The position numbers and the translations under genes were made by a program. A stretch of DNA of 64,000 nucleotides from Vicugna vicugna (taxonomy: Eukaryota). Location: the NCBI GenBank assembly GCA_013265495.1, contig MU058233.1, positions 719,038-783,037 of the forward strand, given 5' to 3'. Positions 51,636-64,000 of this stretch are shown one piece after another; position 1 is the first letter of the stretch; every line of letters begins with the position of its first letter. Below the pieces are notes generated by a model that saw only the letters and a list, made by a program, of their open reading frames with translations, was not told the DNA's origin and made no database searches.

Positions 51636-53465
51636 CTAAAAAGGAAAAAAAATGAACCATACTGTGTAAATTTCCCCAATGATCATGCCTATTGAATAAA
51701 TCTGAAATGGAGCCTAAGATCCCAGCCCCCCCCCCAAAAAAAACCTCCCAATACAATGTCTACTTATTAGCCATTGAAAAGTTTAATAGAAATGAAAACA
51801 GATTTTGAAATTACCAATGTTTATGAACACAGACTTTTAAATACGGGAAGAGGATGTCTACTCCAGTGATCATGATGAGTTAAGAGAGAGGAATAATTTC
51901 TAACCACACGCTGGAGTGATTACTCACTCCACAATGGCCTACTGACCACCGATTATGTGCCCAGATGCTGTCAGCAGCAGGTCGAGGGAGAAGGCAGGTC
52001 AGTGCCCTCACCAGAGACGACTGAGAGTCACAAGTACACAGAAGAGCAAGATTAGCACACACTGCTGAACGTTATAGAGGAGGAAACACTGAGTACGACG
52101 CACAGTGAGTGCACGATATCAACTTCACATCTGAAAGATGAGGTACTCTCTTAGTTTTCTGTACTACTGGCACATTTAAAAAACATTCTCACTAAGGTCA
52201 TCACCCGAATCACTGACATCAGTAATGTCACCATCATGAGAGCTGCTTTTTGGAATTATCCAAGAGTTCTCCAGAGCTCAGCTTTTATTTTATTTCGGCT
52301 TTTTGACATTTTAATCAAATCTATCATCTAGATATTGAATCTGTATATAACGGAAATTATTCCAAACCACAAGTATTCTTTGCATAACATTAGGGCAGGT
52401 TTTTTTTTTAACCTGGTAAGTACAACTATTTGTGATCCCCACAATATGACCATTTGTTGAGTATTTTAAAGTGATCTTTTAATGGTTTGTTTCCTTTATG
52501 ATACTCTTTACTAGGAATTGTGGAGGTAAGATTCCTAGGAAGTACTCTGCAAGATAAAAGATGTGGCAAGATCTCAAATGTAAGGCAATTACTTATTTTC
52601 AGCGGGGTAATTTTTGGGGGAGAGAAAGCCTCATCTATCTCTTACACATATCAGAATTACGAGGACTAGAGCAGCTGACACGGAGAATGGAAGGATTCAA
52701 TGTTTTGAGCATACGTGAGTGGGGATGATAATATTATTCACTGAGATTATAGAGACTGAAGAGAGAAGTTTAGAGGTTAAAAGCAAGAGTCGTATGTGAA
52801 CATATTAAGTGTGAGATCCATTGGAAGAGTTTACAGAAAACTGTTTCATAAAATGTGAGTAAAAAATTTCTTAATTTTTGTATCAAAAAATGGTATCACT
52901 TATATGTGGAATTAAAAAAAAGGACACAATGCCCTGGAAGCTCGACTGTCATTCTCTATCCACAGACTCACTGTCTACTCTCTGTGGCTCTGAAACAGAA
53001 ATCTGACAAATTGGAGAGAGAGAAGAAAAATAATCACAGAAACTCAAAGATAATCGGTATCACCTAAAACAGGAAATAAGTTATGAATCCTTCAAGAGGA
53101 AGAAACAAGCCTACCTCTGCAGGTTGGACTGGGGCAGGAGAGAAGGAAAAGCCAACGGGGGGGGGGGGGGGGAGCTAGGAAGGGAAGCCCTGTCCAAGGG
53201 GGAGGTCCCGAGTGACTGAGCCACCATGCGCACAAGAGGCAGCACCTGTCGCCATCCGCCCCACCAGAGGGGACGCACTGCGACGTGGAGACCAGGACAG
53301 AGAGCGCGTCAAAGGGCAGGAGGCGCTCCTGCCACTCATCCTGAGTCCACGCTGCAGACGCAGGAACTTTAAACACAGCCTATGAGTGACATTTCCAAAG
53401 GCCACCTATCACCAGAGACCCGAGACTTCACTTCACTGCATGCCCTGCATCTGATTATTTCTCAC

Positions 53466-53558
53466 CTGAAAAGCCCTGACTTAGGGTTTCTTCATCTGCT
53501 ACCCATGGCTTTTCTCGCTCCAGCCTGAAAATCGCATCAGGTTTGAAAATCTGATAAC
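53466..53558 (-). CDS. ZNF605: ZNF605 KRAB-B exon (93 nt, frame-neutral, probably alternative)
   Basis: YQIFKPDAIFRLEREKPWVADEETLSQGFS, KRAB-B-like (KPD..LE...PW); ag/gt bounded. Confidence 0.85.
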
Positions 53559-53733
53559 CTGTCAATTGGAAACACAGAGAATCCCGATTGCTTGGGCAGA
53601 GGGACTCAAACATAGAGGGTTTTTCACTACAGACGCTGTAAAACAAAAGTAAGCAAATGAAAATCTTTCCATTGGATACAGAAATCAAAGAATCTTTGAC
53701 ATTTGAAACTTAAATCTAAAATCAGTAATATCT

Positions 53734-54251
<518 letters not shown>

Positions 54252-54299
54252 TCAGTCTGAAGTAAGTAATTCTCTGTCGAATGCAGGCTTTCCTCCCTA

Positions 54300-54740
54300 C
54301 AGTGGTAGGCAGCCTCCAAGGTGGACCCCGTGATCTCGAGCTCCTGGAATTCATGCTTTTGTCTAATCCTCCCCTCCTGAACATGGGCTGAACTAACCGA
54401 GTTGCTTCCACTGACTGGAAGAGGGCAGAAGTGATGGGTCTCACTTCCACGATTAGTTTATAAAAGAATGTGACTTCCATCTTGGGAACCCTCTCCTGCT
54501 CTCTGAGGGGATCTAGCTGCCACGTGGTGAGGTAGCCCTGTGGACAGGGACCTGAAACCTGCCAACACCCATGAGAGCGAGCCTGGAGGGGGTCAACTCC
54601 CCACCGCACCTTGAGATGTGACCCTTCTCAGCATCTTGATTATAAGAGACCCTCAACCAGAACCAAATGGGTAAGCAGCTGGCAGACTCCTGACTCACAG
54701 AAACTGAGATAAATGTCTGTTTCCAGCCACTGAGGTCTGG
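54300..54740 (+). mobile_element. MaLR LTR (MLT1E/F-like)
   Basis: GTGGTAGGCAGCCTCCAAGGTGGACCCC...CCTGACTCACAGAAACTGAGATAAATG...CCACTGAGG. Confidence 0.65.
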
Positions 54741-55819
54741 GGTAGTGCCCTGGGCAGGAAGGCCTGCAGCAAAAACTGCCCTGGGGGCCCCATTAACCTC
54801 ACTGCCTGACTGAAGTATGTTCTGCGTGGGGCGCCCTGGCTCTGTTGATTCTTGGTTTCTGGGAGGACCACGTGCTCTAGGGGACTGCACTTCTGGTGTA
54901 TAGACCCCAGCTGCAGGATCCTCACTGTCTCAGCCCTGGTGGGCGTCTAGGCCAGCTTCCAGCTGCCAGCCAGACCTGTGCTGCGTCAGAAAGATTCACG
55001 CGGCAACATGAGAAGCCTCCTGATGCACTGGGACACGCTTCCCGATTCGGAAACTGCTGAGACCACATTCAGTCTGGGAAGCGGCCGATCATCTGCTTGG
55101 GAGGTCTTCCTCAGGGCCCCGTCTGCTGCTGCCCTGGATTAATTCCTCAGCCCTTGGCTCAGCGCCTCAAAGCCTGACCCATTCAGGCCCACCATGAGGT
55201 AGCCTTTCTCTCACCCAGGTCCTGACAAATCAAGGCGGTGGCGCTGAGGAATCTGACTGTTTAAAACCTACGCATTACTCTTCAGGTCCGACCACCTGGC
55301 AGGCTTCACGGGGGAGGCTGCCCTCCCCACAAAGACGGGGACGCAGCCTATGGGCCACAGACTCCAAGGGGTTGCAGTCATTCTCCTGTGCATCCTGTCT
55401 TTACCTGAGGCCCCTGGCAGAGGCCCTTCTTGGGTGCCTCCCTAAGACCTCCTTCTGCGGGGAGGCGGGCCTGAAGACATGTTACCTTCCTCCTGACCTG
55501 AGTTCATAAAGCTGCCAGGTACTTCTGCTGGGGCTCCCTGAGCAGGGAGCTGACCCCTGCATCTGCACTGGCCCCCGATCCCTGCCCAGTTCCCAAGGGG
55601 ACAACGCGGGGGGAGAGTCGGCGAAAGTCAGGAGAGGCAGATGCCCTCGTGTCCAGCAACAGAAGCAAAAACACTTCCACCTAAAACCTATCAAAATTCC
55701 AACTAGGAGAGTATTTATAGGGGTGATGGTTTTGTGATGACAAATTCTGCCAGATGATTTAGGTTTCTTCCCTAAAACCAGAGTGTCATCTACAAAAATA
55801 GCAATCAAAATGCCTTTGC

Positions 55820-56242
55820 TACACTACTCAGCCGTAGAAAGAGTACAATAATGCCATTTGCAGCAGCATGGATGGACCTGGAGGTCATCATTCTCAGTGA
55901 AGCCAGAAAGAGAAAGAAAAATACCCTATGATATTGCTTATATGTGGAATCTTAAAAAAAAAAAAGGACACAAATGAACTTATCTACAAAACAGAAACAG
56001 ACTCACAGACATAGAGAATAAACTTATGGTTACCAGGAGGTAAAGGAAGTGGGAAGGGATAAATTGGGAATTTGAAAATTGCACTTCTTGGACAGTGATG
56101 GAAATGTTAGCTGCCTTGATTGTGTTGGTGGTTTCGTGGGTGTGCACATCTATCAAAATTCATCAAACTGTACATCTGAAATATGTGTAGTTTACTGTAC
56201 AGGAACCAGACCACAATAAAGGTGTTAAAAACAAACAAAAAA
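55820..56242 (+). mobile_element. L1 3' fragment with variant (swapped) tail
   Basis: L1 3'UTR to ~56081, then the same tail as 20310-20770. Confidence 0.8.
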
Positions 56243-56595
56243 CTGTCTTCTTTCTATGTAATCGTCAGGAAATGTGCGCTTTTACTGAGTAAATGGTCTG
56301 CTTTTAGAGAGAGGAAACCACGCGGCTGTTCCTGGGATACCTGATGAAAGCTCGCAGCTCAACGCTTAACAAGGACGGACGGGCCTCATTTCCTGTACGA
56401 CCATGTCCCACCTTCAAGACTTCTGTACGGCTCTGTGATCCACTCCGTGCTTCTTCTGACATCTCCCTTCCCAAGTCTGTATTTCCTCTGTTTATAATTT
56501 AAGTGTGTTTAGATCTTTCCTGTGGGTTGTAGCAATCCCTGCAAGCCTCCTCACATCCACAGAAAACACTGGTGGAGGATAAACAAATAACTCAC

Positions 56596-56610
56596 CTGTG
56601 ACTTCATCAT
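56596..56610 (-). CDS. ZNF605: ZNF605 start-codon segment MMKSQ (exon probably 56596-56771)
   Basis: ATGATGAAGTCACAG|gtgag, phase 0 into KRAB-A; human starts MIQSQ as recalled; acceptor cacctccag before 56771. Confidence 0.85.
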
Positions 56611-57833
56611 CTTCCGCTGTTCTTGAGAAATAAGCTCTGTGACTTCTCTCTGTCCCAGTGCTCTGGACAAAGGCCTCTGGTCAAAGGCCTTAGCTCTGAG
56701 AGTGCACCCCAAGTCCCGAGGCCTCTTCTTTCTTATCTCATGTGAGTCATCTTGTTCCTGAGAGCCATGGCCTGGAGGTGCAGTGGGAACTTCATTTTAG
56801 ATGATGAAATTGATTTGGGGACCTCAAGCTTGGTTCTCTCTTATGGGAACTCAGGTGGGTTGTTCACTAGTGGTTAAGACACAGGATGGAATATGAACTA
56901 CTGGCACGTGTCAGCTGACCTGGACAGCGGCCAGGCCAGACCGGTACCACAAGCTGAGCTCTGCAGCCGTGGCTCCCATCTGGCATTCCCAGGTGGTTCA
57001 ACCAAAGACCCCGGGGCAGCCCCACTGCCTCTAATCGCTCTGCAGAGACGTCAACAAAGTCTGGAGATACAGTTTTGGCTCCCTCATTCTGTGGCACCAT
57101 TTCCCAGGGCACTCACGTGAAATGCAGGTGCTGCAGAGTAAAACGCAACTCACTTCCAGGCAGGACAGTGAACAGTAAACGGCTTTTGTATCAAGAAGGT
57201 GAAGCAGCCTAGGGTGCTGGCCCTCTACTTCAGAATCAGCCCTGGAGCAAAAGGAAAGCACAGATCAGAGGAACTAAAAGAAATGACAAAACAAGAGGAC
57301 AGACCGCAGGGGGAGATGGAGTCGAAGCGAAGCTGCTGCTCATGTGAGTTTACGCCGGGTTACGGCCCTGAGCAGTGAGAAGAGGGACCTAAGGAAATCT
57401 TTGATGTTCTTTCTTTCTCGGCTCACACTGGGGCAAATACTGCCTCCCTTCCCACCAGAAAGCAGCAGAACAGCCCAGGCCACAGGTTTCCAAGGGGTGA
57501 CGGAAAGCAGATCGAAATCCCTGCTGAGTTTAGGAATCGGGGAAAAGGCAAGGGCTCCCGGCTGCCTGTGGGCACTCACGTCCCTCCGGACCACAGGAAA
57601 TGGCTCCACAATCTACTTCTTTCCACGGCTCACTGATCCCTGACCGGAGCAGCTGCGCAGAGAGGTGGTGGGATCTGGGGCCAGCCAGTCGTTCTGTAAG
57701 GTCCACACTGTTGGCCCTGGGGCCCCTTCCCTCTCCTCTTTGCTTCTAAGGCCTGGCCTCAGCCCTTCCCGAATGGAAATTACCAGAGTAGCAGAGTAGG
57801 TAACACCTCTGGGGGTATAAAAGCTCTGAGGCC

Positions 57834-58606
57834 TGTAGGACAAATACAAATTAAGGAGAAAAAGACTCTCCAGGCCCTGACTCAAAGACCACTTACTGCA
57901 GAAAACCCGTAATTACAAATTCTTTCCCGGCCCCTTTGAGATGGATGTAAATCTTAAATCTCATCCAGTTTAACAACTCAAGAATGTCTTTCTTAAGGAC
58001 CTGGAAGCTGTCTCACTGAAATCATCCAGGAAGACACCTCCGTGTCTCCCAGTCCCTGGGAGGACAGGAGCCTAATCGGCCTGACCCTGGCACCTGGCTC
58101 CAAGTTGTAAAATCACCTCCCGTCATACAGACACGAGAAGTATACTTTTCCTTTGGATAAAGGCAACTACCTAACACAGACAGCCACCCCAACTACCAGG
58201 TAAGTTTAGGATGAACTATGTGTGACAAATTATCACCTATCTTCTTTTTTTTTTTTTCCTTTTCGGGGAGAGGTAATTAGGTTTATTATTTATTCATTTT
58301 TAACGGAGGCACTGGGGATTGAACCCAGGACCTTGTGCATACTAAGCAGGTGCCCTACCACTGAACTCTACCCTCCCCCTAAGTTAACACTTACCTTGAG
58401 AACGGGTGTATAATGGCTTGCATGTGCCTGCTACAGAAAAGGGTGCGATCTCTTCCTGTCTCCTGCAATCTCTCTGGCTGACTGCCTGAGGTAGGCATCA
58501 CATTCTGGTTTAACTTTTATTCAATATTGAAACTATTCTTTCTCTTCTACTTCTGTGGAATAGTTCTCTGGATTGGCAGATTTGGGTTTAAACTATTTCC
58601 CCCACA
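57834..58606 (+). mobile_element. ERV1-class LTR (MER34-like) with a minus-strand SINE at ~58240-58379
   Basis: TGTAGGA start, TTTGAGATG..GTAAATCT and CATCACATTCTGGTTTAA segments, CA end; the SINE has A/B boxes. Confidence 0.55.
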
Positions 58607-58802
58607 AGCCAAATAATCAAATAAATGAATACAACCACTATTTTAAAACCTTTTTAAAAGATCACAAACTGTATAACAGAGATCATTCTAGGCTGGATTA
58701 TAGGAACAGGAGTTAAGCATTGTAATAAAAAACACTATGTCTTGATGCACACAAATACTTACACTTTAAATTTCTTCACTGCTCAGGAACCAGGTCACTT
58801 AC

Positions 58803-58883
58803 ATCAGCCAGATATGGGATGAGAGCCAAGGACCTCCCAGGCACGGGTTGCACAGAGATGTTACTTCCTTCCTAAGAAGACAC
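58803..58883 (-). other. ZNF605: Candidate ZNF605 5'UTR exon
   Basis: Acceptor tttcctttcag and donor gtaagt bracket 81 nt between the promoter and the ATG exon. Confidence 0.45.
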
Positions 58884-61654
58884 CTGAAAGGAAATAACCA
58901 AAAAACATGGTATCCAGTAAACCTGGAGACATGAGGGACAAATTCTACCTGCCAGCTGAGATTTGTCTAGTGCTTGTGGTCCACACCTGTCCTCTGGGAG
59001 TGGCTGCTAAGCGCCCCCCAACCCCCCCAGCTCTCAGCTTGGTCTCCACGGGCCAACAGGCTGCAAGGAAGACCAAAGGTGGGGGATGGTCACTGGGCAC
59101 CTTTCTAGGAAGTAAGTTGAGGAAAGAGAGGATGTAATCCCTACCAGATTTAAAGCAGTTGTTCTGTCAAAGAACAGGGTGGGGCGGAGATGCCTTCAGC
59201 ATCCCCCTGGAATAGAGAGATGGATAGACCATGTGACCAGCTCCTGGCATGGTCTCGAGGGCCTTAAATGTCACCCTCTTGGGAAACTCAGGCCAGGGAC
59301 AGGAGGCAGGTCCCAAGGTTAACAAGGGGATGAGCATCTTGCAGAGCCGCAAAGACCACAGTCAGTCTGGAAAGGCAGACTGGATTTTTGAATTGGGACC
59401 TGAAATAGCGGTGGAAGGCAGAGCAAGGGCATCCAGGGCAGGAAGAACTCCTGCGAGTCGAGGGGGAAGCGTAACATGGCTTTGCCCACGTGTGACATGC
59501 CAAAGACATACAGGTCAGACCCCCGAAGGACACGGGACCCTTTACAGTTCCAAGGTAACGAGTGAAGTGCTTGAGAACAGATCGCTCAAGAAAAATGTCC
59601 TGGGAAAGCAGAGAGCAACATCCAGAGGAAAAGCGCCTCTTCCTGAGATGCTCAGGGAGTTCCTTCCGGCTGCTGGGCGCAGGTCAGGGACCCAGTGGTC
59701 TAGGAAGCCGAGTGAAAAACAGACCCCAGAGTTACTGCTTTCTAAACCTGGGGTCCCTGAGATGAAGGCCCACCTGCCATGGAAGGTTCTATTTCATTTG
59801 GACCCCTCTGGGATTGATGCTTAGGTCCTTGGCAGCTGTCTCCTCTGGAAAAGGGGACTTGCCGACCCTACGAACATCCAGAACAGTCACCCTGGTTCCT
59901 CCTCCAGGGTCCCAACATGCTCTCGCACTCCGCTGTCATGTCTACCTCAGATCTTTCACGTGCAGACTCACACATGCAGGCTCACGCGCTGGTACCTACA
60001 TGCACACACACTCAGCTTCACTTACAGGCCAGGAAAGCAGTCATTTGCTGAATGCCTCTTACTACCTGGCCGTGTTGGGGGCACAGGAGAGAAACCACTG
60101 AAGACAGAAAGGGTCTCTTCCCCTGAAGAACTATATCCTGGGACGGGAAACAGACATACAAGTAAACTTCAGATGGTGAGAGCGCTCAGAAGCGGGTGGA
60201 TGCAGGACACTCCTTCAAGATGGCCTCTGGGAGATGACTTTTAGCTGAGCCCTGAAGAGGAGGAGGAGCCCACCTTGGGAGGCTGCAGAAGACCTCAAGG
60301 AACCTCAGACACAAAGGGCTGGAGGTGGTTCAGGGATGGAGGAGGGTGATGGGGTTTACCCAGCCTGGGGGAGGACTTAGGGTCTCCGAGAACTTTTAAC
60401 AAGGAAATTCTCAAGTAAAAGGAGCCATCGCTGACCAACACAGTCACATTCTGGGTGAGAGGGGCCAAAGAACACAGGACAACATGGTTATTTAACAGAA
60501 GTCACGACACAAGTCTGGCCTGAGCCAACACTCATGCAGATCCACCCACACCCCAAAGCACCGCCCTCACAGGGCCCGTGATCCCCAACACACAAAGCCC
60601 CTCAAATACGGGTTCCAAAGATGGCCTCAGTCACACAAACTGACTGGGAAGTCTCCAGCCCCCAGATCACCGAACACACTGGCCCCGCACAGGTCTCCAG
60701 ACCACATAACCCGAGCCCCGTAAACCCATGCCCACCATTCAGGATGTCTGGGCTGTCAATTACACAGACTGTGGGTCCGCAGTAACTCCTCTAGCAAAGC
60801 TTTCAACTGCCAGCTGCCAGCCCCCAGTGATAAAACCGACCCGTACAAGTACATGGATTAATGGACCCCAAAGGATCTCCACAGCCCCACCCCTGGTCGC
60901 ATACCCACAGAATCCTTCACTCCTGGTCATACCAGGGTTTCCCTCACTTGGCCCTGCGCACTGTCCACAGTCATTCCTACAGACCCCTTGACTGATTACG
61001 ACTGCGTAGTCCCTTACCTCTTGATTCCCGCAGGCTCCTAAACACTGATGCCAAGAAACCCCATCACTGGCTCCTCCAAACCCCACTCAGTAATCTCCAT
61101 GGTCTATTCACTGACTAGGAACTGAGTCAGTGAAACCCCAAATGCTGAGTCCCAAATGACCCCTGCAGAACTCCAATGACTCTCTCTACAGGACCCACTC
61201 ACTCGCCTTTACAGGTGTCCAATAACGGCTCTCAGAGACCCCCTCCTCAGGCTTGCTATCTCCTACCACCCACCGCCTAAACTAGCCCCTCACTAAACCC
61301 CAAGAGGTCCCCAGTCCTCATCACACAGGGCTGTCAGCCATTCACCTCAAGGACCACTCTCTAATCCACTCCATGCTCACACCACTCAATGAACCCCCAT
61401 AGGTCATCACCCAGTGAGGGCCTCCAGCTCTGCACCAACACCCACACCCCTAGCCCTGCAAATGACACTCATTACCACCCTCATTTTCCACTCACTCCCA
61501 AGCCCCCAACAGGCCACCTGTCAACTTGTGTTCAGACTCCTTGCGGACACACAGGCTCCAATGTGATACCTCCATTACAAGGCCCCCAAACCTGGGCCTA
61601 GACAACTCTCCTTCACAGGCCACCCCAGTCATTCCCCTCCACTGAAAAAGCTAC

Positions 61655-62142
61655 CATTGAACTGTCCGGTAAAAAACAAAGCAGCCTTAGCAAAGAAGTA
61701 GTTTACTCCAAAGATTTATTATTGGGGTGGGGGAGAACACTGCAGCCATAAGAGGGCAAACATCTCTGCAAGGTGTAGGGAAGCTGGGTCAAAGGGCAGG
61801 GTGACCAGACAGATCAGAGAATATTTTACCAGAGGCTGGCCAGTTCTCAGGAGGGGCTATAAGCTGAGGGTGGACCAAAGTTTAGGGAACTGGGAGGAGA
61901 GGAGCTTAACCAAAGTTTGGTTAACGAGCATTTTGATCGGTAGGGACAAACAGTTCAGCTAACCATGCATGAGACAAGGGATGAGAGTTTGACCGGACGG
62001 TGTCATATTTACCTGTGATCCTGTCATAGGTAAACAAGGGAGTCACGTGGGGGCGGGGCCTTTCCAGCCAGCTGTTTCCTAGAACACAAGAGAGTAGATT
62101 TCTTATCCTCCCTCAGGGCTCAAGCCAAACCCAACACTGTCA
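61655..62142 (-). mobile_element. ERV1-class LTR (MER31/MER67-like)
   Basis: Minus strand begins TGACAG, contains TTAGCTGAACTGTTTGTCCC and AATAAA near its end. Confidence 0.5.
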
Positions 62143-62761
62143 GAACCACCGGGTTTTCCTGCCAATGAAATCCTTGGTCTAACCAATCTGAGCCCTCTAA
62201 ATGCCCCCCAAACAGACCCCCCGCCCTCGGGGCCTTATCATTCATCCCCACAAGCCCAGTCACCCACCCCAAGGGACCCAAATCACTACTCACAGTCAGT
62301 TACTCCTATAAACCCTCAACCTATATTCCCAGTGCTCACCCTCACCCCAGGGCTTCCCCACTCAGTTCAGCGGGCAGCTCCCTCACTCCCAATGCCTGCT
62401 GCCTGGACCCCTGAGCTACCGCGCCGAAAATCTATGGAGTCCCCCCAAAAGCCCCTCCCAGAGACCCCCATAACCCAGTTAATTCCCCCCACTGGCTTCA
62501 CAACCACTCACCTCTCCCAAAGCCCAAATTACTGATTTTCATAGACGTTTATCTTGACATCAAGTGTCTCCAAATTAATTAGCTCCACAGTATCCCTTCA
62601 CACCCGTCACACTCACACAGTATCCCCCTCCTCACCCATCACCACGGGAGGCCCTGCCACCGACCCCTAAAACCTCCCTCCTGACTCCCACGTTCATTGC
62701 CAATCACACGCATCCCTACAGGCGCCCCTGCCCTCCAGGCACGGCCCCCCACGACCCCGCT

Positions 62762-62787
62762 NNNNNNNNNNNNNNNNNNNNNNNNNN
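62762..62787. other. Assembly gap (26 N)
   Basis: Run of n within the GC-rich promoter. Confidence 0.99.
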
Positions 62788-62995
62788 CCCACCCCCGACC
62801 TGGACCGGGATCGGCGCCTGCGCGGCAGGGCCGTCCTTCTGCACCTTGCCCGCACCCGCCCCGGAGCTGGTTCGTTCCCACGCCGGCGTCGCGGTCGGCC
62901 AGTCCGCGCGGGGGTCACTGTGGGCCCCCGTCGGACGCAAAGGCCACCCCCGGCCCGCAGCCTCGAGTCCCGCTCCCCACCCCACACACGCTTAC

Positions 62996-63040
62996 CCCTC
63001 AGGCCACAGCGCGAAGGAGGACAAGGCCAGGCCGCGGAAG
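62996..63040 (-). other. ZNF605: Candidate ZNF605 non-coding exon 1
   Basis: Donor GGG|gtaagc at 62996/62995 in the CpG island next to ETS and ZNF143-type motifs. Confidence 0.55.
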
Positions 63041-63817
63041 TGTACGCGAAGAACTACATTTCCCAGAGCCCTACTCGCTTTAAAACTATATTTCCCAGAG
63101 GGCTCTGCGGCGTGCCTCCCAGGATTGATAGGTGTGCGGTGTGCGGTGTGCGGTTGCAAAGCCCTCTGCGAGGATTTGGGGGCGCCAGGTGGTGTGTAGC
63201 CTGCCCTGCCTGCTCAAAGTACGTTCACCTTTCCGTTTTTGATCGCAGAGCAAAGTAATTTATAAATTCAAAGTGAGTAATGTAGGTAAGTGTTAGTGCC
63301 TCCAGTCTAACACTAAGTACATCCATCCAAAAAGAATGAAAATAAATGAATTGAGGGATTGAGGGAGAAGTTAAATGTAATTAGGTAAAGAGAGGAAGTT
63401 AATGGATATAAAAATAGAAACTGAGGAATTAAACGAGAAAAAACTGACTTGAATCCATTTTTTAAATAAAATATGAAATCATACCACAGGTTTTTATTAA
63501 AAAGCAGAGAAACAGCACAATTGGCAATGAAAAAAGAGAATTGGCCGTAAAATACAAATTTAAATATTTGTGAAAGAATATTTTGCTCAATTTTATGTAT
63601 TAATTCTATGCAGTATGTTAATAAAATTTCAATCTAATGAAGTACATGATTTAAAGGAATAATTGAGTAATTAACTTAGGAAAATAGTATCTTTTTAGAC
63701 CTACAGCGATTGTTAACAATGTTTTTAGCTACAAGCTCATATGTTTTAATTGGTGAATCCTCATTATCAAAGAATATAATCCTTAACAAACAATTGCCAG
63801 AAAAATCTAGGCAGACT

Positions 63818-63908
63818 CTTTTTTTTTTTAAATGGAGGTACCAAGGACTGAACGCAGGACCTCATGCATGCTAAACATGTGCTCTACCACTAACCTATAC
63901 TCACCCCC
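63818..63908 (-). mobile_element. tRNA-derived SINE (Vic-1-like, short)
   Basis: Reverse A/B boxes; flanking agac(t/a) repeat. Confidence 0.8.
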
Positions 63909-64000
63909 TTAGACAGAACACTTTTCTTAACATAAAGGTAGCAAAATAGTTATACCATAACCAGACAAAGGTAAATTTAAAAAAACTCTAAAGTTGTCTC

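Larger units (their letters stand above)
62700..63250. promoter_or_regulatory. CpG-island promoter of ZNF605 with tandem ZNF143(Staf)-type motifs
   Basis: AACTACATTTCCCAGAG at ~63052 and AACTATATTTCCCAGAG at ~63084; CGGAAGT at ~63035; CpG rich. Confidence 0.8.

Noticed and set aside
51636..51756. N-terminal 40 aa of the 638-aa ORF ([10 protein letters not shown]...)
   Set aside because: Intronic read-through upstream of the acceptor before 51635; the true N-terminus comes from the MMKSQ and KRAB exons.
53157..53172. G16 homopolymer as a functional G-quadruplex
   Set aside because: Isolated intronic homopolymer with no supporting context; length unreliable in assemblies.

Overview
Mammalian, non-prokaryotic DNA, almost certainly from a camelid: it carries about 20 copies of a tRNA-derived SINE resembling camelid Vic-1. 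Three genes lie head-to-tail on the minus strand, in the order I recall for human 12q24.33. (1) The 5' end of GOLGA3 (golgin-160): CpG-island exon 1 at ~11.7 kb and coding exons at 5015-5147 and 2549-2791; the rest lies left of the window. (2) Complete CHFR: 16 coding exons, 39126 to 18140, 1983-nt CDS, 660 aa, with FHA, RING, Cys-rich and PBZ domains. (3) Complete ZNF605: KRAB-A, KRAB-B and 17 C2H2 fingers, with its promoter at ~63 kb. The rest is SINE, L1, MaLR/ERV LTR and DNA-transposon debris. I found no wholly new gene system. The most notable observations are: an apparently precise loss of the CHFR intron between human exons 9 and 10; two independent L1 copies sharing the same swapped 3' tail; a CHFR upstream ATG that gives a uORF when intron 1 is spliced but an 81-aa in-frame extension when it is retained; a tandem SINE duplication beside the ZNF605 KRAB-A exon; and decayed zinc fingers beyond the ZNF605 stop. 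All human comparisons are from memory, repeat names are by eye, and repeat boundaries are approximate.
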